Source: an uncultured delta proteobacterium (GTDB lineage Bacteria > Myxococcota_A > Polyangia > Polyangiales > JAFGIB01). Taken from it: a stretch of 64,000 bases of DNA. The number at the start of each line of letters is the position of its first letter. Position 1 is the first letter of the stretch. The notes below the pieces were generated by a model that did no database searches, was not told the DNA's origin, and worked only from the letters and a program-made list of their open reading frames with translations. The stretch covers positions 416,001 through 480,000 of the forward strand of contig CAVZVA010000010.1 in NCBI GenBank assembly GCA_963778655.1, in the 5' to 3' direction. This document shows positions 37,245 to 47,304 of the stretch, one piece after another. Made by a program: the position numbers and the translations under genes.

Positions 37245-38162
37245 TCATGGCCCCACCTCGGCTACGAAGCTGCTGCGGCCCAGCGCGGCAAGTGCCTCCT
37301 GCACGCGCTGCGCCTGCTCCGCGTTCTCGCACAGCGCGATCATGCACCCGCCGCCGCCACCGCCGGTGAGCTTGGCGCCGAGCGCGCCGGCCTTTTCCGC
37401 GGCCTGGCACATCTCCTCCAGTCGCGTGGTCGACAGCATCAGGCCGACCAACAGCTTCTGGTTGAGCACCATCAACTGGCCGAGCCGCCACAGCTCGCCG
37501 GCAGCGAGCGCGCTCTTGGCGTTGACCACGATGGCTTCCATCCCGTCGAAGATCTGCTCGACCCTGGCCAGGTTCTGCAGGTGCTGGCGGCCGACCGAGG
37601 CCACGGTCGAGGCCGTGTCGCCGGCCTGCGCGCTGTCGCCCACCACCAGCGTGAGCTTGCGCCCGACTTTGAGCGGCTCAAGTGGGCTGCCCTTGCGGAA
37701 CAACGCCACGCCGCCGTGACTGGCCAACGCGGTGTCGATGCCCGAAGGGTTGCCGTGGAACACGCGCTCGGCGCTCAGCGCGGCCTCGGCCACCTGCGCC
37801 GGCTCGCGCGCGATGCCCAGCGCCTGGTCGAGCGCGCGCACGATCGCCACGCTGAGCGCAGCCGAGCTGCCGAGGCCGGCGGAGCTGGGCAGGGAAACAC
37901 GCGCCTGCACGCACAGCGCGGGCCGCTGCCCGTAGAGATCGAGCAGCGCGCAGAACGCTTCGCGCAGCATCTCGCCGGGCCGGTCGGCCTGCTTTGCGTC
38001 CGCGTCGAAGGCCACGCCCCAGGGCTCGATCTCGAGCCGCGGGCGCGGGGCGGGGCGGGCCTCGGCCTCGACCCCGCGCGGCAGCGCCGCGGCAATCGCC
38101 GGCCGGCCGTGCACCACGCCGTGCTCGCCGAACAGGATCAGCTTGCCGTGCCCAAAGGCCAT
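37245..38162 (-). CDS. mvk: mevalonate kinase
   Basis: GKLILFGEHGVVHG, PSSAGLGSSAA, HGNPSGID, GAKLTGGGGGGC. Confidence 0.93.
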   Translation of the reverse strand: MAFGHGKLILFGEHGVVHGRPAIAAALPRGVEAEARPAPRPRLEIEPWGVAFDADAKQADRPGEMLREAFCALLDLYGQRPALCVQARVSLPSSAGLGSSAALSVAIVRALDQALGIAREPAQVAEAALSAERVFHGNPSGIDTALASHGGVALFRKGSPLEPLKVGRKLTLVVGDSAQAGDTASTVASVGRQHLQNLARVEQIFDGMEAIVVNAKSALAAGELWRLGQLMVLNQKLLVGLMLSTTRLEEMCQAAEKAGALGAKLTGGGGGGCMIALCENAEQAQRVQEALAALGRSSFVAEVGP

Positions 38163-38255
38163 CGCGCAGTCTTAGCCAGCCCCGGGCCGGGAGCGCAAGG
38201 CCACGGCTCGGGACGGTCGGCGCCCTGCACAACGGACGCGCGGCTGCGCCCGCAC

Positions 38256-38284
38256 TTGACCCGGGGGGCGGCGGTGGCTAGAGG
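38256..38284 (+). promoter_or_regulatory. possible sigma70-type promoter for the thioesterase gene, possibly leaderless
   Basis: TTGACC-17nt-TAGAGG ending 6 nt before ATG 38291. Confidence 0.3.
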
Positions 38285-38290
38285 GCGGCC

Positions 38291-38737
38291 ATGGCCCAGG
38301 GTCTCGCCGCCAGGTTGATGCTGCCCGAAGGCGCGCCGACCAGCAGCGTCGAGTATCGCGTCCCGTTCTACGACACCGACGCGATGGGCGTGGTGCACCA
38401 CGCCAACTACGTGCGCTACCTCGAGCTGGCGCGCGTACGCTTCCTGCAGGAGCACGACCAGCCCTACGGCCGCTACGTCGAGCAGGGCATCCACGTGGTG
38501 GTAACGCGGGTCGAGATCCAGCTGCGCAGGGCCACGCGCTTCGACGAGCTGCTCAGCGTCACCGGCTGGCTCGAACGCGTGCGTCACGCCTCCTTCGGCT
38601 TCGGCTACCAGATCCGGTGCGGCCAGGAGCTTGCCGCCGTCGCGACCACCCAGCACGCCGTGGTCGACCTGCAAGGCAACCTCCAGCGCATGAGCGCGGA
38701 GCACCGCGCGAGGTTGCTGGCGCTGGTCGCGGGCTGA
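38291..38737 (+). CDS. acyl-CoA thioesterase (YbgC/4HBT hot-dog family)
   Basis: RVPFYDTDAMGVVHHANYVRYLELAR. Confidence 0.92.
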   Translation: MAQGLAARLMLPEGAPTSSVEYRVPFYDTDAMGVVHHANYVRYLELARVRFLQEHDQPYGRYVEQGIHVVVTRVEIQLRRATRFDELLSVTGWLERVRHASFGFGYQIRCGQELAAVATTQHAVVDLQGNLQRMSAEHRARLLALVAG

Positions 38738-38903
38738 GCGTCGCGCCCGCCGGCCAAAACGTCCAACCCAGTTGTCGCCCGTCGCCTGGTAGCGCGCGGC
38801 GAACGGGCCGCGTCTCGGTGTGGTTTCTGCCGTTTTCCAGGGAAGCGAGGTGTGTCGCCTCAGCTTCACTTTTGCACCTGACTGACCTACGCTCGCGCCG
38901 CAG

Positions 38904-41069
38904 TTGGCTTCGAGCTTGGTGTTGAGCACAAAGCGTCCCATCAAGGTAGCAATTGTCGGAGGCGGCTGCGCCGGCGTGACAGCGGCGTTCGAGCTGACTC
39001 GCCCCGAGCATGCCGGCAAGTATCAGATCACGCTCTACCAGCAAGGTTGGCGCTTGGGGGGCAAGGGAGCTTCAGGGCGCGGGCCTGCCGACCGGATCGA
39101 GGAGCATGGGCTCCATCTCTGGTTCGGGTTCTACGAAAATGCCTTCCGTCTGGTGCGCGAGTGCTACGAAGAGCTTGCCCGCAATCCCGAGCGCTGCCGG
39201 ATCGCGGGATGGCAAGACGCGTTCAAGCCCGATCCGTTCTGCGGCGTGATGGAACGCTCTGCTAGCGGCACTTGGTCACCGTGGATCGTGCAGTTCCCGC
39301 CGGTACCCGGCCTTCCTGGGGATCGCGACGGCTCGCCGGCCCGCTGGACGGTTGCGGATTATCTACAGCGCGCGATCGCACTGGTCCGAGCGCTGCTCGA
39401 AACGATTCGGGCGGGTGTCGAGGACGAAGCCGCCAGGGTTGCCCCGAGGACCAGCAGCTCGGTCGGGGCCGCGCCGGGTCAGCTGGCGCAGACGATGGAA
39501 CGGCTCATGCGCTATGGCGGCCTGACCGGGCTCGCGGGCCTAATTCAAGGGCTGGACGTGTTGGACGAGGTGGCGCGTCTGCTGCCTCGCTTTCCGAGCG
39601 ACGCCATCTTGAGCTTCCACGCCGCGCTTGCAGACTCCGCGCGTGCCGAAATCGAGCGGATGACGGACCGGGACCAAGGGTTAGGGCGTCTCTGGGAAGT
39701 CATGGATGTGGTGCTCGCTACAATTCGCGGCATCATTCGCCACCGACTTGTCATCGATCCGAAAGGTTTCGACGCGATCGACCACTTCGAGTGTCGCGAA
39801 TGGTTGACGCTGAACGGCGCCTCCGAGCGGTCGGTGCAAGGCTCGTTTTTGCGCGCCCACTACGACCTCGCGTTTGCTTACGAGGACGGCGACGTGACGC
39901 GCCCGCGCATGGCGGCGGGGCAAGCCGTTCGCGCGGCGCTGCGCGCGTTCTTCACCTACCGCGGCTCGTTCTTCTGGAAGATGCAGGCCGGGATGGGAGA
40001 TGTCGTCTTTGCCCCGTTCTACGAGGTGCTGGAACGACGCGGCGTGAAATTCGAATTCTTTCACCGGCTGCGCAACCTGGGTCTGAGGTCGTCCCGTTCG
40101 GATGGGCCGCACATCGCGACCCTGGATTTCGACGTACAGGCCAAGGTCAGGACGCAGAAGTACGAGCCGCTCGTCGATGTCCGGGGCTTGCCCTGTTGGC
40201 CGGCGCAGCCGGACTGGCGGCAGCTCGCCGACGGTGAGCGCCTGAGACGCGAGGGCAGGCGTTTCGAGTCGCACTGGGATTCGCGCAACTCGGGGACCAA
40301 GGTTCTACACGTTGGCCGCGACTTCGACTTGGTCGTGCTTGCGGTCGGTCTTGGCGCCGTGCCGTACGTGTGCCGCGAGATCATCGCGCGTGACAAGCGC
40401 TGGCAACGGATGGTATCGAAAGTCCAATCGGTTCCAACCCAGGCTCTGCAGCTCTGGCTCAGCAAGGACGTCCATCAGCTCGGCTGGAAGGGACCCTCGC
40501 TCAACATTTCCTGCTACGTTGAGCCTTTCGATACCTGGGCCGACATGCCGCAGCTAGTTGCAGAGGAACACTTCCCCCGCCCCGTCCGGGCGGTCGCGTA
40601 CTTCTGCAGTGTGCTCGGCGACGCCCCAGCGGAAGAGATCCGTCGCCCCGACTACCCGGAGACCCGTCGTAAGGAGGTGCGACAGAACGCCATCGAGTAT
40701 CTGCAACGCGATGTCTCCGCATTGTGGCCCAGAGCGATCGACGGTCGAGGGCGATTTCGCTGGAATCTGTTGGTATCTCCCGAAGCTTCGGCTTCAGGGA
40801 AAGCCGACGAATCGCGAATCGACTCGCAATATTGGACGGCTAACGTGGAGCCATCCGACCGCTACTGCTTGAGCTTGCCGGACAGCAGTCGGTTCAGAAT
40901 CTCACCTCTGGATCGAACCTACGACAATCTTACGGTAGCTGGTGATTGGACGAGCTGCGGCTTCAACGAGGGCTGCGTCGAAGCCGCGGTAATGTCTGGG
41001 CGGTTGGCAGCACACGCGCTCTCGCAATCTCCTCCGCTCGAAGAGATCGTCGGCTTCGATCATCCATGA
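38904..41069 (+). CDS. FAD-dependent oxidoreductase of the phytoene/zeta-carotene desaturase-like superfamily (COG3349-like)
   Basis: VAIVGGGCAG, WRLGGKGASGR, IEEHGLHLWFGFYENAF, NLTVAGDWT...GCVEAAVMSG; start uncertain. Confidence 0.8.
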   Translation: MASSLVLSTKRPIKVAIVGGGCAGVTAAFELTRPEHAGKYQITLYQQGWRLGGKGASGRGPADRIEEHGLHLWFGFYENAFRLVRECYEELARNPERCRIAGWQDAFKPDPFCGVMERSASGTWSPWIVQFPPVPGLPGDRDGSPARWTVADYLQRAIALVRALLETIRAGVEDEAARVAPRTSSSVGAAPGQLAQTMERLMRYGGLTGLAGLIQGLDVLDEVARLLPRFPSDAILSFHAALADSARAEIERMTDRDQGLGRLWEVMDVVLATIRGIIRHRLVIDPKGFDAIDHFECREWLTLNGASERSVQGSFLRAHYDLAFAYEDGDVTRPRMAAGQAVRAALRAFFTYRGSFFWKMQAGMGDVVFAPFYEVLERRGVKFEFFHRLRNLGLRSSRSDGPHIATLDFDVQAKVRTQKYEPLVDVRGLPCWPAQPDWRQLADGERLRREGRRFESHWDSRNSGTKVLHVGRDFDLVVLAVGLGAVPYVCREIIARDKRWQRMVSKVQSVPTQALQLWLSKDVHQLGWKGPSLNISCYVEPFDTWADMPQLVAEEHFPRPVRAVAYFCSVLGDAPAEEIRRPDYPETRRKEVRQNAIEYLQRDVSALWPRAIDGRGRFRWNLLVSPEASASGKADESRIDSQYWTANVEPSDRYCLSLPDSSRFRISPLDRTYDNLTVAGDWTSCGFNEGCVEAAVMSGRLAAHALSQSPPLEEIVGFDHP

Positions 41070-41088
41070 ACCCGCAGGTAAAGGAGCT

Positions 41089-41850
41089 ATGAACCGCACC
41101 AACTCGCGCTCGCGGAAGCGATCCGCAAGGGTGAAGCGGCCGGAGCTGCCCCGAACCGAACCGCTGCGTTCCTGGTCTGGCATCTTCGGAGCGGATGCGG
41201 CCCGCGCTGGCGCGCAGAGCGAGCAAGCTCCGGCCGGACGAAGTAGGTCCGCGGACCCGGTCCAGCGCGGCGTGGAGCTCGGATATCGCGTGATCGACGA
41301 ATACATGAAGCAAGGTGCCGCGGTCGCGAATGCCTTCGGAGGTCCTCGCGCGAAACACGTGGCATCCGGCGACGACCTTCCGAAAATGACCCAACGCATG
41401 ATGCAGTACGCCTCCGACTTCACCGCATTGTGGTTCGATGCGATGGGCCTGATGATGAACGCCGCGGAGCGGCAGTCGGGGCCGAGCACGGGCGCACCGG
41501 GGTCCGGAGCCGGCAAAGCCGGCTCTGCTTCACGCGCATCGCAGCGCGTGGCTACGGGTGCAGGCCGATCGCGCCTTGTGCTCGAGGTGCGGTCGCCGAA
41601 AGCGGCCGAGATCATCGTGGCGCTCGACGAGCCGTTGGACGGCCCCCTGCGGGTCGAGCCTCTTCGTGCGCGCTCCGGCTCCCAGAAGATCACAGAGGTT
41701 TCGGTCGAACCGCGCTCGGACCCTGCCGGGCCGTTGAAAGTGCGTGTGCACGTGCCGGATCGCTTACGACCGGACCGCTACACGGGCGTGATTCTGGATG
41801 CCGCGACCGGGCATCCAAGGGGACGCCTTACGGTCACGGTCGCCAAATGA
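41089..41850 (+). CDS. hypothetical protein: helical N-terminal part plus C-terminal Ig-like beta domain
   Basis: RBS AAGGAG; operonic between the oxidoreductase and prenyltransferase; ends VPDRLRPDRYTGVIL...GRLTVTV. Confidence 0.75.
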   Translation: MNRTNSRSRKRSARVKRPELPRTEPLRSWSGIFGADAARAGAQSEQAPAGRSRSADPVQRGVELGYRVIDEYMKQGAAVANAFGGPRAKHVASGDDLPKMTQRMMQYASDFTALWFDAMGLMMNAAERQSGPSTGAPGSGAGKAGSASRASQRVATGAGRSRLVLEVRSPKAAEIIVALDEPLDGPLRVEPLRARSGSQKITEVSVEPRSDPAGPLKVRVHVPDRLRPDRYTGVILDAATGHPRGRLTVTVAK

Positions 41851-41867
41851 GGATCGAGCGCTGAGCT

Positions 41868-42902
41868 ATGTCGCGACCCGGAGTCGCAGCCAAGCTGCTC
41901 GCAGAATACGGGGCGGTGAGTAGGAACGCGCTCCGCAAGTATCTTCAGGTGCGAGGAGCGCGCGGAGCGGAGTACCTCGGCGATGCGGTTCGCGACTACC
42001 CTGAGCGGGCGGGGCGCTCGCTTCGCTCGAGCTTGTGCATTGCCGTGGCGCGCGCGTACGGCGCCACTACCGACGATGCGCTCAATTCGGCGGTTGCGCT
42101 CGAGCTGCTGCACAACGCGTTCCTGGTTCACGACGACATCGAGGACGACAGCGAGGAGCGCCGTGGTCAGCCCACACTGCACGTTCTTCACGGCGCACCG
42201 ATCGCGATCAACGTCGGGGACGCGTTGAGCGTTCTGAGCTTGCAGCCTCTGTTGGACAACCGCAAAACCCTCGGCGTGAGGGTGTCACTGCGGATCATGG
42301 AGGAAGCCGAGCACATGGCGCGCGAGACCGTCGAAGGGCAGGCCATCGAGCTCGGATGGCGGGAGAACAACACCGTCGATCTCGGAGAAGAAGACTACCT
42401 GCGCATGGTGCTGAAGAAGACCTGCTGGTACTCGACGGTGTTCCCAATCCGGATCGGGGCATTGATCGGTACGCGGGACGGTATCGACCTCGAGCAATTT
42501 CTACGTTTTGGCTTCTTCGTAGGCGCGGCCTTCCAGATTCAGGACGACATGCTGAATCTCGTCGGCAACAGTCGGCGGTACGGCAAGGAGCTGGAAGGCG
42601 ACCTGTGGGAAGGCAAGCGGACGCTGATGATCGTGCACCTGCTCAATCAGGTCGACCCTGAAGAGCGTACCCGCCTTCGCGCGTTTCTCGGCCAAACGCG
42701 CAGGCAGAAGCGCGCTCAGGACGTGAGGTGGGTCCGAGGGCTGATGGATCGCTACGGCAGCCTCACCTATGCGAGCCAGCTGGCACACGCTCTGGCCGGC
42801 GCGGCGGATTGGGAGTTTCGTCGGACCTTTGCTGGCCTGCCGAAGTCGAGGGACCTGCAGTTTATCCGGGAGCTTCCGGCGTGGGCGATCCATCGGGCCT
42901 GA
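41868..42902 (+). CDS. trans-prenyltransferase (GGPP synthase-like)
   Basis: FARM AFLVHDDIEDDSEERRG, GQAIEL, KKT, SARM FQIQDDMLN, DLWEGKRT. Confidence 0.92.
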   Translation: MSRPGVAAKLLAEYGAVSRNALRKYLQVRGARGAEYLGDAVRDYPERAGRSLRSSLCIAVARAYGATTDDALNSAVALELLHNAFLVHDDIEDDSEERRGQPTLHVLHGAPIAINVGDALSVLSLQPLLDNRKTLGVRVSLRIMEEAEHMARETVEGQAIELGWRENNTVDLGEEDYLRMVLKKTCWYSTVFPIRIGALIGTRDGIDLEQFLRFGFFVGAAFQIQDDMLNLVGNSRRYGKELEGDLWEGKRTLMIVHLLNQVDPEERTRLRAFLGQTRRQKRAQDVRWVRGLMDRYGSLTYASQLAHALAGAADWEFRRTFAGLPKSRDLQFIRELPAWAIHRA

Positions 42903-45900
42903 GCGGGATCGCGGCCGCGAGCTCGCGCGCCTGGTCCAAGACCGGTGCGTCGCCGTTGGCGATCGATCGGCAGCCAGCGTCGAGAATCTGCGCCGCGCGC
43001 GCCGGCTCTCCGCGCTCGAGCAACCAGGTCGCGTAGCTCGTGGCCGTGCGCAGCTCCCACAGAGCGCCACCGCTGGCATGCGCGACTTCGATCGACTCCA
43101 GAAAGCAGGCTTCGGCCTGGGCTTCGGTGCGCGGCTCCTGCAGCAGCAGTTGTGCTTTGAGCCTCAGCAGCTCGGGAACCGAGAGTCGATCGAGGTTCTT
43201 GTCGCTCAACGCCAATCCTTCTTCGACGGTCGCCAGGCCCTTCTCGGTTGCGCCTGAACGGTGGCAAGCGTCGGCACGTTTCGTAAGCGCGTTGGGCAGG
43301 CCGGTGAAGGCGCCGATCGAACGGTACAACTGGACCCCCTGCTCGATCAGCTTCATCCCTTCCTCGAGCTTCGAACGATCGCACAGGGCCGCGCCGTGTT
43401 GGACCTGACAGCTCGCCTGCCAGAACACAAGCTGATGCTCCGTGGCGAGCGCCATCCCCTGTTCAGAAAGCGCGAGGGCTCGATCGGTATCGCCGATGTC
43501 ATTCGCGATCGACGCGCCGAAGGAGAGCGCCATGACCGTGAGGTAGGGCGTGTTGGCTCGCTCGGTGAGGGTCCAGAGCCCGTTCCAGGTGGTTTGAGCG
43601 TCCTCGAAGCGCCCCGCGACGTACTCTGCCCAGCTCAAGTACAGATGAGGATAGAGGGCATTGTCGTAGCCATGGTCGCGCGGCAACGTGAGCAGCATCT
43701 CGGGCTCGAATTCGCGGGCTGCGCCCTGCAGCGCGGAAATCGCCTTGGCGATCCGGCCGCACCAGAACGCGTGGCTGCCGACGGCGGCCAGCAAGATCAG
43801 CCGCTCGCAAGGATTGCGCCCGCTTTCGGCGATCTGCTCGAAGCGCGCGGCCATGCGCTCGGTACTTGCGCGATCGCCACGCGTGATCTGCACGCCCCAG
43901 ATCCCGAACAGCACGCGCAGTGGTGGATCGACCTCGGTGCACAACGCGAGCGCCCTGTCGTAGACCTTCTCGACCTCTGTCGCCGCGTAGCCCTTGGTCA
44001 TCAACAGCGGCAAACCGAGCGCAGTCAACAGGCCCAGCTCTCGGCTATTGCGGGCCTTGCCTTCGGGGAGCTCCCGCAGCTGTGCCAGTGCGCTCTGAAA
44101 GTGGTTGATGGATTCCGCGTAGGCCTGAGAGCTGAACGCCAGGTTGCCAGCGCGTTCGAAGTAGTCGATGGCCAACTCCGGAAGATTCGCCCGCGCGTGG
44201 TGGAGCGCGATCAGATGCGGTTGAGTCTCCGCAACCTCGGGAAACAGATCGCGGAGCACGCTCGCGGCTCGATGGTGGTACTGACGCCGTCTGCTCTTCA
44301 GAAGCGATTGGTAGGCGGTTTCCTGGATCAGGGCGTGCTTGAAACGGTAGACGCGACCGCCGCGCTCCTCGCCTGGCAGAATCAGCTCAGCGTCTATCAG
44401 TCGGCGTAGGCCCGCGTTGAGAGCGGCATCGTCCATGAGCGACACCGCGCGCAGCACGCGCTCGGAGAATTCACGCCCTAGCACGGCCGCGAGCTGGGCG
44501 ACTGTCTTGCTATCGCCGGTTCGATCGAGGCGGGCCATCAACGAGTCCTGCACGGTCGCTGGGACCACGGACTCGGGGAGCGCGCCCGAGAGCTCATAGT
44601 GGTCGTTGACCGGGAGCAGGGCCTTCGACTCCAGAATCGCCTTGGTGACCTCTTCGAGGTAAAGCGGTATGCCGTCCGTCAACTCGATGACGCGGTCGAG
44701 CACCGCGCGCGGAAGCTTCCGATTTTGCGCGCTGCGGTCGATCAAGCGCTCCGCGAAGTCACGAGGCAGCCGTCGCAGTGTGATGAACTTCGTGCAAGCT
44801 GCAGGCCAGTCCGGAACGAACTCGGGACGGCCGGTTGCAAGAAGTAGAATGGGCCCGCTGTCGGCGGCGCCGACGTAGCTCCCGAGCAGCTCGAGCGTGG
44901 AGGGGTCTGCCCACTGCAAATCCTCGATCAAGAGCAGCACCGGGGCGTGCCGCGCCAGGGAACGCAGCCACGCCATGAGGCTCTGCATCGTCCGCTGGCG
45001 CCTGACCTGAGGCGTGAGCGTGGCCTGGGCCAGGTGCTCGGGTATCGGGATTGACAAGACCGACGCCAAAAATGGCACGACGTCGGCGTTGAGCTCGAGC
45101 TCCTCGCCGTATCGGCGCAAGCCTTCGAATCGCTGCGTCGGATCCGAGACCCCGGTCAGCTGTGCTGCGGACTCCAGCGCGCTCGCGATGGGGCGAAGAA
45201 CGGCGTTCTGGTCGAGCACGGAGCAATAGCTTTCAACCACCGTGCAACGGCCCGAGAGCCGCTGCTTGAGGGCCTGTGCCTGGTGGGATTTTCCGATGCC
45301 CGGTTCCCCGCAGAGCACGACGGCGCGCAGAGAGCCGGTTTGGAGCACGCTTTCCCACTGCTGCTCGAGCTCCGTTGTTTCGGAGTCGCGGCCCACCAAT
45401 GGAGCAAGGCTCAGGCTGGCTGCGCGGAGCCTGCTCTGAGCGCCCGTGGCGCCCAGCACCTTATGCACCGCAACCGGCTGGTCGAAGCCCTTGACCGTAA
45501 GCTCTCCGAGCGGCTGAGTCTCGAAATAGCCGGCGATCCGTTTGTGGGTCGCTTCGCTGACGACGACGGTGCTCGGTTCCGCAAGCTGTTGGAGTCGAGC
45601 CGCGAGGTTCGGCGCTTCTCCTAGCGCCAGGGGATCGTGGCTCGCCCCGGTTTGCGACACGACCACGATGCCGGTATGGATGCCGATGCGAGCTTGAAGC
45701 GTCACGGGCACCTTGATGGTCAGGCGAGCGCCGAGTGACTTCATGCCTTCGTGAATGGCGAGCGCCGCTTGGGTCGCGCGGCGCGGATCGTCCTCGTGGG
45801 CCTCGGGGTATCCGAAGTAGACCAGGACCCCGTCGCCCAGATATTGGGCGACGATGCCTCCGAGCTCGGTGACGATACCGCTGCAGAGCGCCTGGTACTC

Positions 45901-46158
45901 GTTCAGCAGGTCGCGATAATCCTCCGTGTCGAGCGCGCGCGACATCGCGGTCGAGCCCACGAGGTCGCTGAACATCACCGTCAGCTGGCGACGCTCGGCC
46001 TCGCCTCGCGCCATTCTGATCGCAACGCTCGCCGCCAAGGCCGCGCCGCACTGATTGCAGAACCGGGCGTTGCCGGGGTTCTGCGCGGCGCAGCTGTGGC
46101 AGCCCACGTGCCTCCCGGGCCGTGCCTCCTCCATGCCGAGGAGTCGTGTACCATGCAT
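42862..46158 (-). CDS. Zn-ribbon + class III nucleotidyl cyclase + AAA/STAND NTPase + TPR protein
   Basis: CHSC/CNQC; MFSDLVGST, YLGDG, NLAARL; Walker A GEPGIGKS; Walker B LLIEDLQWAD; YRFKHALIQE; TPR tail WELRTATS. Confidence 0.92.
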   Translation of the reverse strand: MHGTRLLGMEEARPGRHVGCHSCAAQNPGNARFCNQCGAALAASVAIRMARGEAERRQLTVMFSDLVGSTAMSRALDTEDYRDLLNEYQALCSGIVTELGGIVAQYLGDGVLVYFGYPEAHEDDPRRATQAALAIHEGMKSLGARLTIKVPVTLQARIGIHTGIVVVSQTGASHDPLALGEAPNLAARLQQLAEPSTVVVSEATHKRIAGYFETQPLGELTVKGFDQPVAVHKVLGATGAQSRLRAASLSLAPLVGRDSETTELEQQWESVLQTGSLRAVVLCGEPGIGKSHQAQALKQRLSGRCTVVESYCSVLDQNAVLRPIASALESAAQLTGVSDPTQRFEGLRRYGEELELNADVVPFLASVLSIPIPEHLAQATLTPQVRRQRTMQSLMAWLRSLARHAPVLLLIEDLQWADPSTLELLGSYVGAADSGPILLLATGRPEFVPDWPAACTKFITLRRLPRDFAERLIDRSAQNRKLPRAVLDRVIELTDGIPLYLEEVTKAILESKALLPVNDHYELSGALPESVVPATVQDSLMARLDRTGDSKTVAQLAAVLGREFSERVLRAVSLMDDAALNAGLRRLIDAELILPGEERGGRVYRFKHALIQETAYQSLLKSRRRQYHHRAASVLRDLFPEVAETQPHLIALHHARANLPELAIDYFERAGNLAFSSQAYAESINHFQSALAQLRELPEGKARNSRELGLLTALGLPLLMTKGYAATEVEKVYDRALALCTEVDPPLRVLFGIWGVQITRGDRASTERMAARFEQIAESGRNPCERLILLAAVGSHAFWCGRIAKAISALQGAAREFEPEMLLTLPRDHGYDNALYPHLYLSWAEYVAGRFEDAQTTWNGLWTLTERANTPYLTVMALSFGASIANDIGDTDRALALSEQGMALATEHQLVFWQASCQVQHGAALCDRSKLEEGMKLIEQGVQLYRSIGAFTGLPNALTKRADACHRSGATEKGLATVEEGLALSDKNLDRLSVPELLRLKAQLLLQEPRTEAQAEACFLESIEVAHASGGALWELRTATSYATWLLERGEPARAAQILDAGCRSIANGDAPVLDQARELAAAIPLRPDGSPTPEAPG

Positions 46159-46210
46159 CGGCCAATTATGCGCTTCACGTCCGTTGGGTTTTCTCGGGAG
46201 GGGGCGGTTC

Positions 46211-47275
46211 GTGCGCGATCGGTTGCTGATCTACGGGGCCTGCGGCTACACGGGCCGGCTGATCGTGCAGGAGGCCTTGGCGCGCGGCTTGCGGCCCGTG
46301 GTCGGGGGCCGAACGGGGGCCCGGCTCGCCGCGCTGGCCGCCCCGAATCAGCTCGGCTACAGGGTCGCCGCGCTCGAGGACCGAGCTGCGGTCGACGCGC
46401 TGCTCGACGATGTGGACGTGGTGCTGAACGCCGCCGGACCGTTTCGCGCAACCGCGTTGCCCCTGGCTAGAGCGTGCATCGAGCGCGGTCTTCACTATCT
46501 CGACATCTGTGGCGAATTCACCGTGTTCGAAGCCCTGGCCTCGCTCGATCGCGAGGCGCGTCGAAGCGCCGCAATGCTCCTTCCCGGCGTCGGCTTCGAC
46601 ATCGTCTTGACCGACTCTGCTGCGACCCTGGCCACCCGGCGCCTGCCGCGCGCCAAGAGCCTGGCGATCGGATTGACCGGGCTCAACGCAATTTCGCGGG
46701 GCTCGGCCGAAACCGTGCTCGACCAGTTCGCAGAGCCGGTAACGGTCCGCAGGGGCGGGCAACTGGTCCAGGTTGCGCCGGGTGACTTGATGCGCGATTT
46801 CGATTTTGGCGAAGGTCCGAAGCGCGCCACTGCGTTGAGTTGGGCCGACGTGTCCTCCGCGTACTACTCGACCGGGATCCGGGACATCACCGTCTACTAC
46901 GAGGTTACCCCCATCGTGGAGCTCGGGCTGAGCCTCAAGCGAAATGCGGGTTGGGTCCTGAAGACACCGTCGGCACGACTACTACAAGGGACGATGGCTC
47001 GGCTCTTGCCCGACGGTCCCTCCGGCGAAGCCCGTGCGCGCGGCGCTGCTGCGATCGTCGCAGAAGTGGCTGACTCGCGCGGCCGCTCCGCGGCAATCCG
47101 CGTCCACAGCCCGGAAGTGTATTCGTTTACTGCTTTGGCATCGATCGCGATTGCCGATCGGGTATTGAGTGGGGACTACACGGCGGGGTTTCAGACGCCG
47201 GCCCTGGCCTTCGGACCGGAATACGGTTTGTCGCTGCCCGGAGTGCGCATTGTTGAAACGGCGTGCGATCGTTGA
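46211..47275 (+). CDS. saccharopine dehydrogenase-like / trans-acting enoyl reductase family oxidoreductase
   Basis: IYGACGYTG, VLNAAGPF, HYLDICGE, PGVGFD, ISRGS, GFQTP. Confidence 0.88.
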   Translation: MRDRLLIYGACGYTGRLIVQEALARGLRPVVGGRTGARLAALAAPNQLGYRVAALEDRAAVDALLDDVDVVLNAAGPFRATALPLARACIERGLHYLDICGEFTVFEALASLDREARRSAAMLLPGVGFDIVLTDSAATLATRRLPRAKSLAIGLTGLNAISRGSAETVLDQFAEPVTVRRGGQLVQVAPGDLMRDFDFGEGPKRATALSWADVSSAYYSTGIRDITVYYEVTPIVELGLSLKRNAGWVLKTPSARLLQGTMARLLPDGPSGEARARGAAAIVAEVADSRGRSAAIRVHSPEVYSFTALASIAIADRVLSGDYTAGFQTPALAFGPEYGLSLPGVRIVETACDR

Positions 47276-47304
47276 CTCGAAACCTTCCGGAAGATAATGG
47301 CGGC

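Noticed and set aside
38904..42902. Canonical carotenoid or hopanoid cluster
   Set aside because: No CrtB/HpnC/HpnD, lycopene cyclase or squalene-hopene cyclase in the window, and the flavoprotein is longer than typical CrtI/HpnE.
42862..46158. Pycsar/CBASS/Avs defence system call
   Set aside because: No adjacent cyclic-nucleotide-binding effector or nuclease/TIR domain; the architecture is a common signalling type, so defence remains only a hypothesis.
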